64,000 bases of DNA from an uncultured delta proteobacterium (GTDB lineage Bacteria > Myxococcota_A > Polyangia > Polyangiales > Polyangiaceae): NCBI GenBank assembly GCA_963716725.1, contig CAVQUB010000022.1:32001-96000 (forward strand), given 5' to 3'. The notes under the pieces were generated by a model. The model was not told the DNA's origin. It did no database searches and worked only from the letters and a program-made list of their open reading frames with translations. A program made the position numbers and the translations under genes. Every line of letters begins with the position of its first letter. The stretch's first letter is position 1. Below, in pieces: positions 19,341 to 30,890 of the stretch.

Positions 19341-20180
19341 ATGGCCAAGCGCGGCCCGGTGATCGACGACGTCGACGCCGTGCGCGACGCCGGCGCGCTC
19401 GCGCACTACGACGATCCGGCCTACTACGACCTGGCGTACGACGCGCGCAAGCGCGACGTTGCGTTCTACGTGGGCCAAGCCAAACGCTACGGTGGCCCGG
19501 TCCTCGAGTATGGCGTGGGCAACGGGCGGGTGGCGCTGGCCGTCGCCCGCGCGGGCTTCGAAGTGGTGGGCGTGGATCTCTCCGCCAGCATGCTCGGCAA
19601 CCTCGAACAGAAGTTGGCGCGCAAGCGGACGCGGGTCCAGACCGTGCTCGGCGACATGAGGACGGTGCGCCTGCGCCGACGTTTTCCGCTGGTCATCGCG
19701 CCCTTCAACACGGTGCTTCACCTGTACGAGCGCCCGGACATCGAGGCCTTCTTGGCCCGGGTGCGCGAGCACCTGGCGCCAGGCGGTCGTTTCGTCTTCG
19801 ATTTCTCCGTGCCCGTCCCCGCGGATCTGGCCCTGGATCCCAATCGCTCCTTCAGCGCCCCGAGCTTTCGCCACCCAACGAGCGGGCAGAAGGTGCGCTA
19901 CCGCGAGCGCTTCGAGTACCACTCGCTGCGCCAACTCTTGGTGATCTGGATGGACATGACCCCGGTACGGGGCGGCGAAGGCGCCAGCGTGCCGCTCTCA
20001 CATCGGCAGTTCTTCCCTCGGGAAATGGAGGCCCTGCTGCACTACAACGGCTTCTCCGAGATCCGCTTCAGCGCCGACTTCTCGGAGCGCGAGCCGGGCC
20101 CTGAGACGGACTCGTTGGTCGTCAGCGCCACGGTCGCCCGGGCTTCGAGGCCCGTTGCGAGGCCGCGATCGCGGGCGTAG
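19341..20180 (+). CDS. Class I SAM-dependent methyltransferase
   Basis: VLEYGVGNGRV, GVDLS, GDMR, HLAPGGRF. Confidence 0.9.
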   Translation: MAKRGPVIDDVDAVRDAGALAHYDDPAYYDLAYDARKRDVAFYVGQAKRYGGPVLEYGVGNGRVALAVARAGFEVVGVDLSASMLGNLEQKLARKRTRVQTVLGDMRTVRLRRRFPLVIAPFNTVLHLYERPDIEAFLARVREHLAPGGRFVFDFSVPVPADLALDPNRSFSAPSFRHPTSGQKVRYRERFEYHSLRQLLVIWMDMTPVRGGEGASVPLSHRQFFPREMEALLHYNGFSEIRFSADFSEREPGPETDSLVVSATVARASRPVARPRSRA

Positions 20181-20195
20181 GTTCCTCCAAGCGCT

Positions 20196-21131
20196 ATGGC
20201 CACGGACTTCTATTCCGAGCTCGGTGTCGAAAAGACCGCCAGCCCCGAGGAAATCAAAAAGGCTTTTCGAAAGCTGGCGGTGAAGCTGCACCCCGATCGC
20301 CACCCCGACGACAAGAAGATCGAGGCGCGTTTCAAGGTCGTGAACCGCGCCTACGGCGTGCTCAGCGACGCGAAGCAACGCAAGCTCTACGACGAGTTCG
20401 GCGAAGAGGGGCTGCGCGAAGGCTTCAACGCCAACGCCGCGCGGGCCTACCGGCGCGCGGCGCGGGGCGGCGGGCGCGGCCGGGCGAGTCAGGGCTTCTC
20501 CCTCGAGGACATCCTGAGCGGCGGCGGAAATGGTGGCGGGATCGGCGAGATGTTCGGCGATCTCTTCGGTCAAGGGCGTGGTCGGGCGCGCGCGGCCCGG
20601 GGCTCAGACGTCGCTGCCGAAGTGACGGTGGATTTCGTGAGCGCGATCCGCGGGTCGATGCTCAGCCTGCGAGTGCAAGAAGGCGGCGGCGAGGTCAGCG
20701 TTCGCGTGCCGTCCGGCGCCGGCGATGGCGACAAGGTTCGAGTGGCCGGCCATGGCTCGCCGGGCATGGGCGGTGGCAAGCCGGGCGATCTGGTGCTGAC
20801 CATCCGCGTGACGCCGCATCCCGTATTCGAGCGCCGTGGCCTCGATCTCCACCTCGACCTTCCGATCACCGTGGGCGAGGCGCACCGCGGCGCGAAGGTC
20901 CGCGTTCCCACGCCGGACGGCGAGGTCAGCCTCACCGTGCCGAAGCGCGCCCAGAGTGGAAAGGTCGTTCGACTTGGCAAGAAGGGCGTGAAGCGCGGCG
21001 CCCAGCACGGTGACCTCTACGTTCGCTTTCTGGTGATGCTGCCCGCCGGCGAATCGGCGGATATCGAACGCGCGGTGGAGTTGCTGGAGTCCGCCACGCA
21101 GGCGGATCTGCGCGCCGGCATCCACTTCTGA
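20196..21131 (+). CDS. DnaJ-class (CbpA-like) co-chaperone without zinc finger
   Basis: J domain with HPD, G/F region, C-terminal domain GDLYVRF. Confidence 0.9.
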   Translation: MATDFYSELGVEKTASPEEIKKAFRKLAVKLHPDRHPDDKKIEARFKVVNRAYGVLSDAKQRKLYDEFGEEGLREGFNANAARAYRRAARGGGRGRASQGFSLEDILSGGGNGGGIGEMFGDLFGQGRGRARAARGSDVAAEVTVDFVSAIRGSMLSLRVQEGGGEVSVRVPSGAGDGDKVRVAGHGSPGMGGGKPGDLVLTIRVTPHPVFERRGLDLHLDLPITVGEAHRGAKVRVPTPDGEVSLTVPKRAQSGKVVRLGKKGVKRGAQHGDLYVRFLVMLPAGESADIERAVELLESATQADLRAGIHF

Positions 21132-21165
21132 TGCGCTCCTGATGGGCCCGACTTGGCCACGGACT

Positions 21166-22326
<1,161 letters not shown>

Positions 22327-22364
22327 GTCGGACTCTACCACATCGGATGGAAAGGGACTCGGCG

Positions 22365-23744
22365 CTAGTCGGTGCTGCCCGAGCCGCTGTCGCCCGAGCC
22401 GCTGTCGCCCGAGCCGCTGTCGCCCGAGCCGCTGTCGCCCGAGCCGCTGTCGCCCGAGCCGCTGTCGCCCGAGCCGCTGTCGCTGGGACCGTCGTCGTCG
22501 GTGTCGTCGTCGGTGCCGTCGTCGTCGTCGGTGCCGTCGTCGTCGTCGGTGTCGTCGTCGTCGTCGGTGTCGTCGTCGTCGTCGGTGTCGTCGGTGTCGT
22601 CGTCCTTCTCGCGCTTCGGCGATCCGGCGCGCGCCGCCTCTGCGCCAGCGTCCTCCTCGTCGTCGCGCCGTCCCAGAAACGCCACGGCGCCCATCGCCGC
22701 CGCGATGATCGCGGCGAACACGCCTCCGGGGATCCCCTTGCCTTCGTCGCCGCGTCCAGCCTGATCGAAGGCCTCGCGGAACACCGCTTCGTCCTGAAGC
22801 CCGATCAGCTGGCGGTGGCCGACCCAGGTCGTTGGCAGTCCCTGAAAGCCCGCTTCGCGGAGGGTCTTGCCCTCACGTTCGATGCGCTCGGAGGTGGTGC
22901 TGGCCTGCATGCAAGCATCGAAGGCCTTCGGGTCGACGCCCACGTCCACGGCGAGACGCCGGATGTTGGGCATCGAGAGGTTGTCGTCGTCAAACAGCCG
23001 ATCGGCCATCTCGTCGCCTTTGGCCTGCGCTTCGGCGCACACCGCGGCCTTGGCCGCGTCGAGCGCCCGCGTGTGCCTCGGCAGCGGCATGTTCAGGCGT
23101 ACGAAGTTCACGCGTCCCTCGTACTCCTTCACCAGCTTCTTCAGCCGTGGGTGCAACGCTCGGCAGAACGGGCACTCGAAGTCGGCGAACTCGACGACGT
23201 TGATCTTACCCTTTTGGTAGTAGCTGGCGATGCCGGGTGGGATCGGCAGGTTGGGCCGAAAGCTCGGCCAGATCAGCGGCGCCCCGACGGCGGCGGCGGC
23301 GAAGCACACCCACGCCCAGCCCATGAATGGGTCTCGCGCAGTGGGGCCCCGCGAGTGCACCCAGGCTGCAAATGCCGCGACGAGTGCGGACACATCGACG
23401 ACCACGCAGAGCACGCAGAACTCGCGGATCACGAAGGCTTGGACCGCGATGAAGATGGCGGCCAAAACGCCGCCGAGCGCGGCCATGGGGAAGACCCACT
23501 TGGCGAGCTCGCGGGAGAGCGAGACCACCAAGAGCCCCGCGAAGCCGGCGATACCGATGGCCGGCACCGGGACCTGGCCGCCGAACAAATAGCCCCAGCC
23601 GCTCGCTCGCACCGCGGAGCAACCCGAGCCCGGACTGCAGAACGAAGGGTTGTAGCTCACGTAGTCGATGAGCAGCGCGCCGCTGACGCCAAGCGCGACC
23701 AGCGCAGCGAGGCGCATGACTACGAGCCAGAGGGCGAATCGCAC
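22365..23744 (-). CDS. VKOR-DsbA (thioredoxin) fusion membrane protein with acidic tail
   Basis: CSPGSGC loop, CVLC, then EFADFECPFC; Asp-rich tail ending in DSGSG repeats. Confidence 0.85.
   Translation of the reverse strand: MRFALWLVVMRLAALVALGVSGALLIDYVSYNPSFCSPGSGCSAVRASGWGYLFGGQVPVPAIGIAGFAGLLVVSLSRELAKWVFPMAALGGVLAAIFIAVQAFVIREFCVLCVVVDVSALVAAFAAWVHSRGPTARDPFMGWAWVCFAAAAVGAPLIWPSFRPNLPIPPGIASYYQKGKINVVEFADFECPFCRALHPRLKKLVKEYEGRVNFVRLNMPLPRHTRALDAAKAAVCAEAQAKGDEMADRLFDDDNLSMPNIRRLAVDVGVDPKAFDACMQASTTSERIEREGKTLREAGFQGLPTTWVGHRQLIGLQDEAVFREAFDQAGRGDEGKGIPGGVFAAIIAAAMGAVAFLGRRDDEEDAGAEAARAGSPKREKDDDTDDTDDDDDTDDDDDTDDDDGTDDDDGTDDDTDDDGPSDSGSGDSGSGDSGSGDSGSGDSGSGDSGSGDSGSGSTD
22377..22481. 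repeat. 15-bp coding tandem repeat x7 (DSGSG)
   Basis: GCCCGAGCCGCTGTC x7. Confidence 0.95.
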
Positions 23745-23827
23745 GGTCGGGCCATACTACTCGGAATCTGTGGCGAGTTGTCCGTTTTGCCGGCGACGGC
23801 GGGGGCGCCCCGGGCTATGCCCGGCGC

Positions 23828-26293
23828 ATGGCAAAACCCCTGCCTTCGCGCGGAGAGATTGCGAACGCATTGCACCAGGCGGCGGGACCTCTGCACGCAC
23901 GCGAGATCGCGACCCGACTCGGAGTGGATGAGGCCGCTTACTCTCGCCTGCTGACGCTGCTCGATCAGCTGAGCCTCGACGGAACCATCAAGCCCATCGC
24001 CGGGCAGCGATTCAAGGCCCAGCGGCGGCCCGACGGCGGGGGCGTCACCTGGGAGGGCATGCTCAGCGTGAACCCGCGGGGGTTCGGCTTCGTTTCCGCG
24101 GTCGGACACGACGACGTGTACATCGCCCCCGACGGCATCGGTGGCGCGATGCACGGCGATCGCGTGCAGGTCACTCAGATCGGCCGCACCCCCCGCGGCG
24201 CAGAGGGCCGCATCGATTCCATCGTCAAGCGCCGCAGTCCTCGTCTCGCCGGAGTGCTCCGGCGCAAGGGCAAGAGCGCGTGGCTCGAGCCCGACGACGC
24301 GCGGGTGCGTGGACCGATCGTGGTGTCGAACTTGGGCCGCGAGGCCAAAGACGGCGATGCTGCCGTGGTCAGCATCACGCGCTTTCCCGAGCTTCCGAAG
24401 GAAAACGCGGAGGCGGAACTGGTTGCGGTGCTGGGTGCTCCCGGGGATCCAGTGGTGGAGGTCGAAAAGATCTTGCTGCGCGAGCAGATCGAAGAAGAGC
24501 ACCCCGAGGGCGCGCTGCGCGAAGCCGAGGCCATGGCCGCGAAGCTCTCGCGCTTGCAGGCGGATGGGCGCGTCGATCTCCGGCACGTGCCGCTGCCGAC
24601 CATCGATCCCGAAGACGCTCGGGATCACGACGACGCCGTCTGGGTCGAGCGCGCGGGTGAGGGCTACCGCGCCTACGTCGCCATCGCGGACGTGAGCGAA
24701 TACGTGCAGCCGGGCACGGAGCTCGACGCTGAAGCACGCGCTCGCGGCTGCACGATTTACCTGCCAGATCGCGCGATTCCCATGCTGCCTGGGGCCCTGG
24801 CTTCGGATCTCTGCTCGCTCATGCCCGAGGCCGAGCGCCTGTGCCTGTGTGTGATCGTGGATCTCGACCGCGGCGGGGTCGTCAAAAAGTACGAGATCGT
24901 CGAGGGCCTGATGCGGTCCCACGCCATGCTCACGTATCCCGGCGTCGCCCGCGCCCTCGGGTTCACCGAGACGCCGCCGAGGAGCGCTCAGGCCGAGCAC
25001 ATGAAGAAGGACCTGCGCGTCTTGGACGAGCTCGCGCGCAAGCTTCGCAAGCGGCGCCTGGCGCGCGGCGCTCTAGATCTGGATTTGCCCGAGGCCAAGG
25101 TCGTGCTCGATGAGCAGACCGGGGAACCGGTCAACGTGACGCGCCGGGCGCAAGATCCCGGGATCAAGCGCGCCTATCAAATGATCGAAGAGCTGATGCT
25201 GCTGGCCAACGAGGTCGTGGCCGAGTGGCTCGGTTCGCGCCGTTGCCCGGCCATCTATCGCGTGCACGACAAGCCCGACGAGACCAAGCTCGCGCGCCTG
25301 GGGGCCTGCGCGGAGACCATCGGCGTCGACCTCGCCACTGACGACCTGCTCGAGCCCCGAGGCGTCACGGAGTTCTTGGCTCGCATCCAGGAGCACGAGA
25401 AGAAACAGGTGCTCGAGATGTTGCTGCTGCGCTCACTCAAGCAAGCGCAGTACGACATCGCCAACATCGGGCATTTCGGTCTGGCATCGACGGCGTATCT
25501 GCACTTCACCTCGCCCATCCGTCGCTACCCCGATCTGGTCGTGCACCGCGCCGTCAAGCACGTGCTGCGCGGCGGCAAGATCGACATTTCTCCCAGTGGT
25601 ATCGAAGATTTACGCATGGCGGCGACGTCGGCCAGCACCCGGGAAAGGGCAGCGATGCTGGTCGAACGCGAGGTCGTGGACCTGTACCGCGCGCTCTTCA
25701 TGCGCACGCGCATCGGGGACGTATTCGAGGGCACTGTCACCGCCATCGTCGGCAGCGGGCTCTTCGTGGCGCTGGACGAGCCCTTCGTCGACGTGATGGT
25801 GCGCTTCGAGGTGCTCGGCCCGGATCACTACGAAGCAAGCGAGGACGAGCTCTCGGTCGTGGGAGTGCGTTCCGGCGATCGAGTCATGCTGGGTGATCGC
25901 ATGGTTGTCGAGATCGAAGACGTGGCCGTGCTTCGGCGCATGACCATGGCGAAGCGCGTGATCCCGGAGCGGACGTTGCGGGAGATGGGTCGCGCTGGAG
26001 ACGGAGGCCGGGGACGCCGGGGATCTGGTCGCGACGCGCCGGCGCGGGGCCGGGCCGATCGGGGTCCATCCGGGCGCGGTGGTCCGGGCAAGGCCGATGC
26101 GCCCGCGGCCGGCTCGAGCAGGGGTGGCAAGGGTCGGAAGGCCAGCGGATCGTCCGGCGCTCCGCCGAAACGCGGCGGCGGCGGCGGACCGTCGAAAGGC
26201 GGCGGCGGCGGTGGAGGCGGACCGTCGAAACGCAGTGGCGGCGGTGGTGGAGGCGGCGGTCGCGGGAAGAAGCCGGGCGGACGCCGGCGCTGA
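23828..26293 (+). CDS. rnr: Ribonuclease R
   Basis: GFGFV cold-shock domain, TIDPEDARDHDDA, HFTSPIRRYPDL, S1 domain, basic Gly tail. Confidence 0.95.
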   Translation: MAKPLPSRGEIANALHQAAGPLHAREIATRLGVDEAAYSRLLTLLDQLSLDGTIKPIAGQRFKAQRRPDGGGVTWEGMLSVNPRGFGFVSAVGHDDVYIAPDGIGGAMHGDRVQVTQIGRTPRGAEGRIDSIVKRRSPRLAGVLRRKGKSAWLEPDDARVRGPIVVSNLGREAKDGDAAVVSITRFPELPKENAEAELVAVLGAPGDPVVEVEKILLREQIEEEHPEGALREAEAMAAKLSRLQADGRVDLRHVPLPTIDPEDARDHDDAVWVERAGEGYRAYVAIADVSEYVQPGTELDAEARARGCTIYLPDRAIPMLPGALASDLCSLMPEAERLCLCVIVDLDRGGVVKKYEIVEGLMRSHAMLTYPGVARALGFTETPPRSAQAEHMKKDLRVLDELARKLRKRRLARGALDLDLPEAKVVLDEQTGEPVNVTRRAQDPGIKRAYQMIEELMLLANEVVAEWLGSRRCPAIYRVHDKPDETKLARLGACAETIGVDLATDDLLEPRGVTEFLARIQEHEKKQVLEMLLLRSLKQAQYDIANIGHFGLASTAYLHFTSPIRRYPDLVVHRAVKHVLRGGKIDISPSGIEDLRMAATSASTRERAAMLVEREVVDLYRALFMRTRIGDVFEGTVTAIVGSGLFVALDEPFVDVMVRFEVLGPDHYEASEDELSVVGVRSGDRVMLGDRMVVEIEDVAVLRRMTMAKRVIPERTLREMGRAGDGGRGRRGSGRDAPARGRADRGPSGRGGPGKADAPAAGSSRGGKGRKASGSSGAPPKRGGGGGPSKGGGGGGGGPSKRSGGGGGGGGRGKKPGGRRR

Positions 26294-26465
26294 AGGTCTG
26301 TCGAAGAATGGCGGAGCGCAAGCCGGCGGAGCCGGCCCACCCCGTCGGGTATCGCGAAGCGCGTCGCGTGGGGTGGGGCCCCAACGAATTCACTTCGGTG
26401 GGGCGGGGAGGCGCGTGCCTCCCCGATGACAAAGTGAAAGAGCTGTTGAATTTTCGACAGCTCTC
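26294..26465. mobile_element. MITE-like structured intergenic element
   Basis: Imperfect terminal inverted repeats (CTGTCGAAGAAT at 26298; AATTTTCGACAG at 26449-26460) around several GC hairpins. Confidence 0.5.
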
Positions 26466-26473
26466 GAGTCGCT

Positions 26474-27778
26474 TCAGCGGGGCGTCAGGCGGTCGGTGCC
26501 CATGAAGGGCCGCAGCGCTTCGGGGATCACGACGCTGCCGTCTTTTTGCTGAAACTGCTCGAGAATCGCGACGAGCGTGCGCCCGACGGCGAGACCCGAG
26601 CCGTTCAAGGTGTGCACGAAGCGCGGCTTGCCCTTGGCGTCGGCGCGATAGCGGATGCGGGCGCGACGTGCTTGGTAGTCCGCGAACCAGGAGCAGCTCG
26701 AGATCTCGCGGTAGGCGTTCTGCGATGGCAGCCAGACCTCGAGATCGTAGGTCTTCACCGAGCTGAAACCGAGGTCCGCGGCGCACAGCGACACCACGCG
26801 GTAGTGCAGGCCGAGGCGCTTCAGGACGTTTTCGGCGTGTCCGGTGAGCAGCTCGAGTTCTTGCTCACCGCGATCGGGCGGCACGAAGCGTACGACCTCC
26901 ACCTTGTCGAACTGGTGCTGGCGGATCAACCCGCGCACGTCTTTGCCGTACGATCCAGCCTCGCTGCGAAAGCAAGGCGTGTAGGCCGCGTAGGCCAGTG
27001 GCAGCTTGTCGCCCTCGAGGATCTCTTCGGCGTGCAGGTTGGTGACGGGCACTTCCGCGGTCGGGATCAGGTAGAGCGCATCGGGATCCTCGGGATCGTT
27101 CCGGAAGGTCTTGAACAGATCCGCTTCGAACTTCGGCAACTGGCCAGTGCCGCGGAGGGCGCTGCCCTTGACCAAGAATGGCGGATAAACCTCGGTGTAA
27201 CCGTGCTCGCGGGTGTGCAGATCGAGCATGAGCGTGACCAGCGCGCGCTCCAGTCGAGCGCCCATGCCCCACAGCACGCTGAAGCGTGCGCCGGAAAGCT
27301 TCGCTGCGCGTTCGAAGTCCAGGATGCCGAGCGCCGCGCCGATTTCCCAGTGCGGCCTGGGCTCGAAATCGTAGCTGGGCATCTCGCCCCAGGTTCGCCG
27401 CACCGGATTGTCGTCGGCACTCTTGCCGTCCGGCGTCGAGGCGTGGGGGATGTTGGGGATGGAGAGCAGGTGCTCTTCGACCTCGAGCTCGGTCCGAGCG
27501 AGCTCTTCCTCGAGCGCTTTGATCTGACCTGACAGCTCCTTGAGCTCGTCGCGGCGGGCGGCGAAGGCGGTCTTGTCGCCGCCCTTCGCCAGCTTGGCCA
27601 TCTCCTCGTTGGCGGCGTTGCGCCGAGCTTGCAGCGCCTCCGTCTTGCCGATCGACTCGCGCCTGCGCTCGAAGGCCGGTCCCACCGGTTCGAGTAACGC
27701 GGCGGTGGCCGGCGAACGGCGTGAGAGCCCCGCGCGAGCTTCATCCAAGTGATCTGCGACCCAGCGACCGTCCAGCAT
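26474..27778 (-). CDS. serS: Serine-tRNA ligase
   Basis: [48 protein letters not shown]. Confidence 0.97.
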   Translation of the reverse strand: MLDGRWVADHLDEARAGLSRRSPATAALLEPVGPAFERRRESIGKTEALQARRNAANEEMAKLAKGGDKTAFAARRDELKELSGQIKALEEELARTELEVEEHLLSIPNIPHASTPDGKSADDNPVRRTWGEMPSYDFEPRPHWEIGAALGILDFERAAKLSGARFSVLWGMGARLERALVTLMLDLHTREHGYTEVYPPFLVKGSALRGTGQLPKFEADLFKTFRNDPEDPDALYLIPTAEVPVTNLHAEEILEGDKLPLAYAAYTPCFRSEAGSYGKDVRGLIRQHQFDKVEVVRFVPPDRGEQELELLTGHAENVLKRLGLHYRVVSLCAADLGFSSVKTYDLEVWLPSQNAYREISSCSWFADYQARRARIRYRADAKGKPRFVHTLNGSGLAVGRTLVAILEQFQQKDGSVVIPEALRPFMGTDRLTPR

Positions 27779-27804
27779 GGCGCCGGTCTTCTAGCCAATT
27801 TGAG

Positions 27805-28335
27805 TCAGGGCGTCATCATCACGCCGACACCGATGGACACTCCTCCGCGCGAGCGTCGCACGTAGTCGCGCACCCAAAGCACGTGCGAAACCAGGGTGCA
27901 GGTGCGCTTTTGGGGACCTTCGCAGCCGTACCAGACGCCGGCGTCGTGACGATCGCCTTCTTCGTCGAAGCGCACGACCTGCCCGTTTGGCATGAGCGCG
28001 AGCCAGGCCGCGGCCGAGCCTGGGGGAGCTGCGTTGGTATGTCCGATGCGCCCGAGCAATACGTTGTCCGGGCCACCGACGTGCCCGTCGGGGAGCAAGA
28101 TGGCGACCGGCTCGTAGTCTTTGTCGACCACGCGCCCGGCGCGATCGAGCACGAAGAGCAATGAGCCGTCTTCGGTGACCTTGCCGTCAGCGTGGATCTG
28201 GATCGAGTCGTCGTCGGGGCGATCCCAGCGCGCCGGAGCGATGACCAGCGGCGTGCCTCCCTCTTGCCAGCGCGGCGGAGGGTTCGCCGAGCATCCGAGC
28301 ATGCTCACCGCGAGAAGTGCGTAGACGCTGCGCAT
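27805..28335 (-). CDS. Hypothetical lipoprotein
   Basis: MRSVYALLAVSMLGC lipobox. Confidence 0.75.
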   Translation of the reverse strand: MRSVYALLAVSMLGCSANPPPRWQEGGTPLVIAPARWDRPDDDSIQIHADGKVTEDGSLLFVLDRAGRVVDKDYEPVAILLPDGHVGGPDNVLLGRIGHTNAAPPGSAAAWLALMPNGQVVRFDEEGDRHDAGVWYGCEGPQKRTCTLVSHVLWVRDYVRRSRGGVSIGVGVMMTP

Positions 28336-28415
28336 GCGGCCGAGGATAGCGTGCCTCTGGGCTGGACGCTCGCGCGCCCCCGGATTGTTGGCCGACGCGG
28401 CGCGCGAGGCCTGAA

Positions 28416-29123
28416 ATGCGCGGCGAGGTCAACGTGAATCCCTTCAACGCCGCGTGCTCGGAGTTCCCCAACGACAACCCCGCCCTTCATGAGGGAACGG
28501 CGTGGGTGGTGCTGAGCACGGTGGGGCGACCCCGGGCCGTCAAACGCCCGCCCCCTTCAGAGCCTAGCGCGCAGCCTGCCCGCGCCGCTGAGTCGTTCGC
28601 GACTGAAGCCGTCCCGCCGACGCAGAGGGCAGCGGAACCGCGGGCGGAACGCGCCCGAGCCGGCGCGGCGCTCGCGTCCGATTCCGGCTCTCCAGCGCAG
28701 CTGACAGCGGAGCCCGACGGGCCGGACGCCTTCTCGCAGTTCGTGGCGTTGCTGAGCAAGGTCGCCCTCGCGTCGGGCGCGACCCGGGCTGCCGCGGTCC
28801 TGCCGGACTTCGTCTCGGGGCGGGTGATCGAGCGGTCGGCGTTGGGCGAAAGCCTCTGCGTGGGTCTCATTGAAAGCGGGCACGCGATTCACAACGGCGC
28901 CGGCATCGAGATGAGCGACCAGGTCGGATCGACGGCGCGGGCCTGGCGCGGGGTGCTGTCGGGGCAGTCCGAAGATCTGTCGGTCTGCGAGGAGACGCTC
29001 GATTGCTGGAGCGCCGACCTGGTGGCGGCGCTTGCCGGTTCGCCCGTGCGAGCGGCCGAGTTCCGCAAGGAGCTGCGTCGCTTCGGTGTCGCCGCCTTTG
29101 GCTTGCTCGCCGACGCGGCGTGA
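28416..29123 (+). CDS. Hypothetical protein
   Basis: Fills the gap between flanking genes; protein-like composition. Confidence 0.6.
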   Translation: MRGEVNVNPFNAACSEFPNDNPALHEGTAWVVLSTVGRPRAVKRPPPSEPSAQPARAAESFATEAVPPTQRAAEPRAERARAGAALASDSGSPAQLTAEPDGPDAFSQFVALLSKVALASGATRAAAVLPDFVSGRVIERSALGESLCVGLIESGHAIHNGAGIEMSDQVGSTARAWRGVLSGQSEDLSVCEETLDCWSADLVAALAGSPVRAAEFRKELRRFGVAAFGLLADAA

Positions 29124-29176
29124 GCATTCCGCATGGACCACTGAGCATTCGTGCGCTTCGTGCCCGCAGGAAAGGC

Positions 29177-30766
29177 TCAATTGCAGGGCGTTGGCTTCAT
29201 CACCTTGAGGTCACCCTCGATGACCTCTTTGTAACAGATCTGCGCGGCCGGCTTGCCGGCGCTCGGCGCGACGAGCTTGATGTTCACGGCTTGGTCGCCC
29301 TTGGCCTGGACCTTTGCGCTGCCCCGGAGCGCGCCCTTCTTGGCCTCGAGGGACAAGCGTGCGTCCTTCTGCACGTCGATGTCGCAAGGGGTCTCGTCGC
29401 AGATCTGAAAGCCGTCTTTCGTCACTACGGCGCCTGGCGGCTCGGTGACGATGCTGAGGCGCACGGTCGCGGCGGGTGCCACCACCGCGCTGGGGGTGAC
29501 CGAAGGCGCCGGCGGGGCGGTCTCCACCGGGGGCACCGTCGCGCTCGTGACGATGGTGGCTGGCACTTCGTGGGTCAAAGCGGGTGCTGCGGCTGGCATG
29601 AGCTTGACGGCCGCGGCGGCGCCGCCGCCGATCACGGCCAGCACCCCGAAGGCGATCCAGATGCCCTTGGACGTTTGGCGCATCGGGATTGCCGCCCGCG
29701 TCATTCCCACCGGCATCGTGTCGGCGCGGGCGACCTGTTCCCGCTCGACCTGCGGGGGGGTGGACGTACGCTCGGGCTCGGAGCCGATGGTTGTCTCCGA
29801 CGTCATCGCCGCGCGGTGGAAGTCCGCCATCGACACCCCCGGGAGCGCGCTCTTGCGGGCCAGCGGGTCGAGGGCTGAGGCTTCCGGCGTGGTCATCAGC
29901 GCCGACGCCAGCTCGCGCATGGACTGAAAGCGCTCGTCCGGGTTCTTGGCCAGCGCTTTTGAGATGATCGCCTCGAGCTCCGGCGACACCACGACGTCGG
30001 GGTTGAGCGTCCGCATGGGCGGGAGCGGAGCGGTCATGTGCGCGTTGAGCACCGCAAAGAAGGTGTCCCCGGTGAAGGGCACCGCGCCCGTCAGCATCTC
30101 GAAGAGGATGATGCCGGTCGCGTAGATGTCGACGCGGAGATCGGCCTGTTTGCCCGCGGCTTGCTCCGGAGACATGTACTCGGGCGTCCCGAAGATCATG
30201 CCGGTGCGGGTCAGGCGACGACGCGACGTCTCGGTGGCGGCGGCCTCTTCGGTGGAGCGAAGCTGGGCGATCCCGAAGTCGACGATCTTGACGGTCTCTT
30301 CGCCGTCGGCGGTCACTTGCAGAAAGACGTTCTCGGGTTTGAGGTCGCGATGCACGACCCCCTTGGCGTGCGCCACCGCCAGCGCCTTGCAGACCTGCAA
30401 GATCACGCGCAGCGCCCGCTCCGCGCTGATCGCACGGGAGCGTTCGAGCTCGTCCGCGAGATCGGCGCCCTCGAGGAACTCCATCGCCAGGAAGAAGCAG
30501 CCGTTCTCGATCTCCCCGAAATCGAAGACGTCGAGCACGTTGGGGTGCTTGATACGGGACGCGCTGATCGCCTCCCGCTGGAAGCGCGTCACGAGGTCGG
30601 CCTTGGCGGAGTACTCCGGCCGGAGGACCTTGATGGCCACCTTCTTCTCGATGGCCTCGTGTTCGGCCAGGTAGACGGTGCCCATGCCGCCTTGGCCCAG
30701 GCGCTGCAATACGCGGTATCGCCCCGCGACGAGCTGTCCGATCAGCTCGTCGGGCTGGCTCGCCAT
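29177..30766 (-). CDS. Membrane Ser/Thr protein kinase with C-terminal PEGA-like domain
   Basis: LGQGGMGTVY, VAIK, HRDLKPEN, DFG, GTPEYMSPE, TM helix, TEPPGA. Confidence 0.95.
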   Translation of the reverse strand: MASQPDELIGQLVAGRYRVLQRLGQGGMGTVYLAEHEAIEKKVAIKVLRPEYSAKADLVTRFQREAISASRIKHPNVLDVFDFGEIENGCFFLAMEFLEGADLADELERSRAISAERALRVILQVCKALAVAHAKGVVHRDLKPENVFLQVTADGEETVKIVDFGIAQLRSTEEAAATETSRRRLTRTGMIFGTPEYMSPEQAAGKQADLRVDIYATGIILFEMLTGAVPFTGDTFFAVLNAHMTAPLPPMRTLNPDVVVSPELEAIISKALAKNPDERFQSMRELASALMTTPEASALDPLARKSALPGVSMADFHRAAMTSETTIGSEPERTSTPPQVEREQVARADTMPVGMTRAAIPMRQTSKGIWIAFGVLAVIGGGAAAAVKLMPAAAPALTHEVPATIVTSATVPPVETAPPAPSVTPSAVVAPAATVRLSIVTEPPGAVVTKDGFQICDETPCDIDVQKDARLSLEAKKGALRGSAKVQAKGDQAVNIKLVAPSAGKPAAQICYKEVIEGDLKVMKPTPCN

Positions 30767-30890
30767 GGGCGTCCGCCCTTGATCCATGCTGTCCACGTGA
30801 GGCTTCCGTAACCATACCGTCGGGGGTCGCGGGACGCCAAGAAGAGATGAACCGCCTTGCATGGCGGCGTTTTGCTACGCTGGCGAGTCC

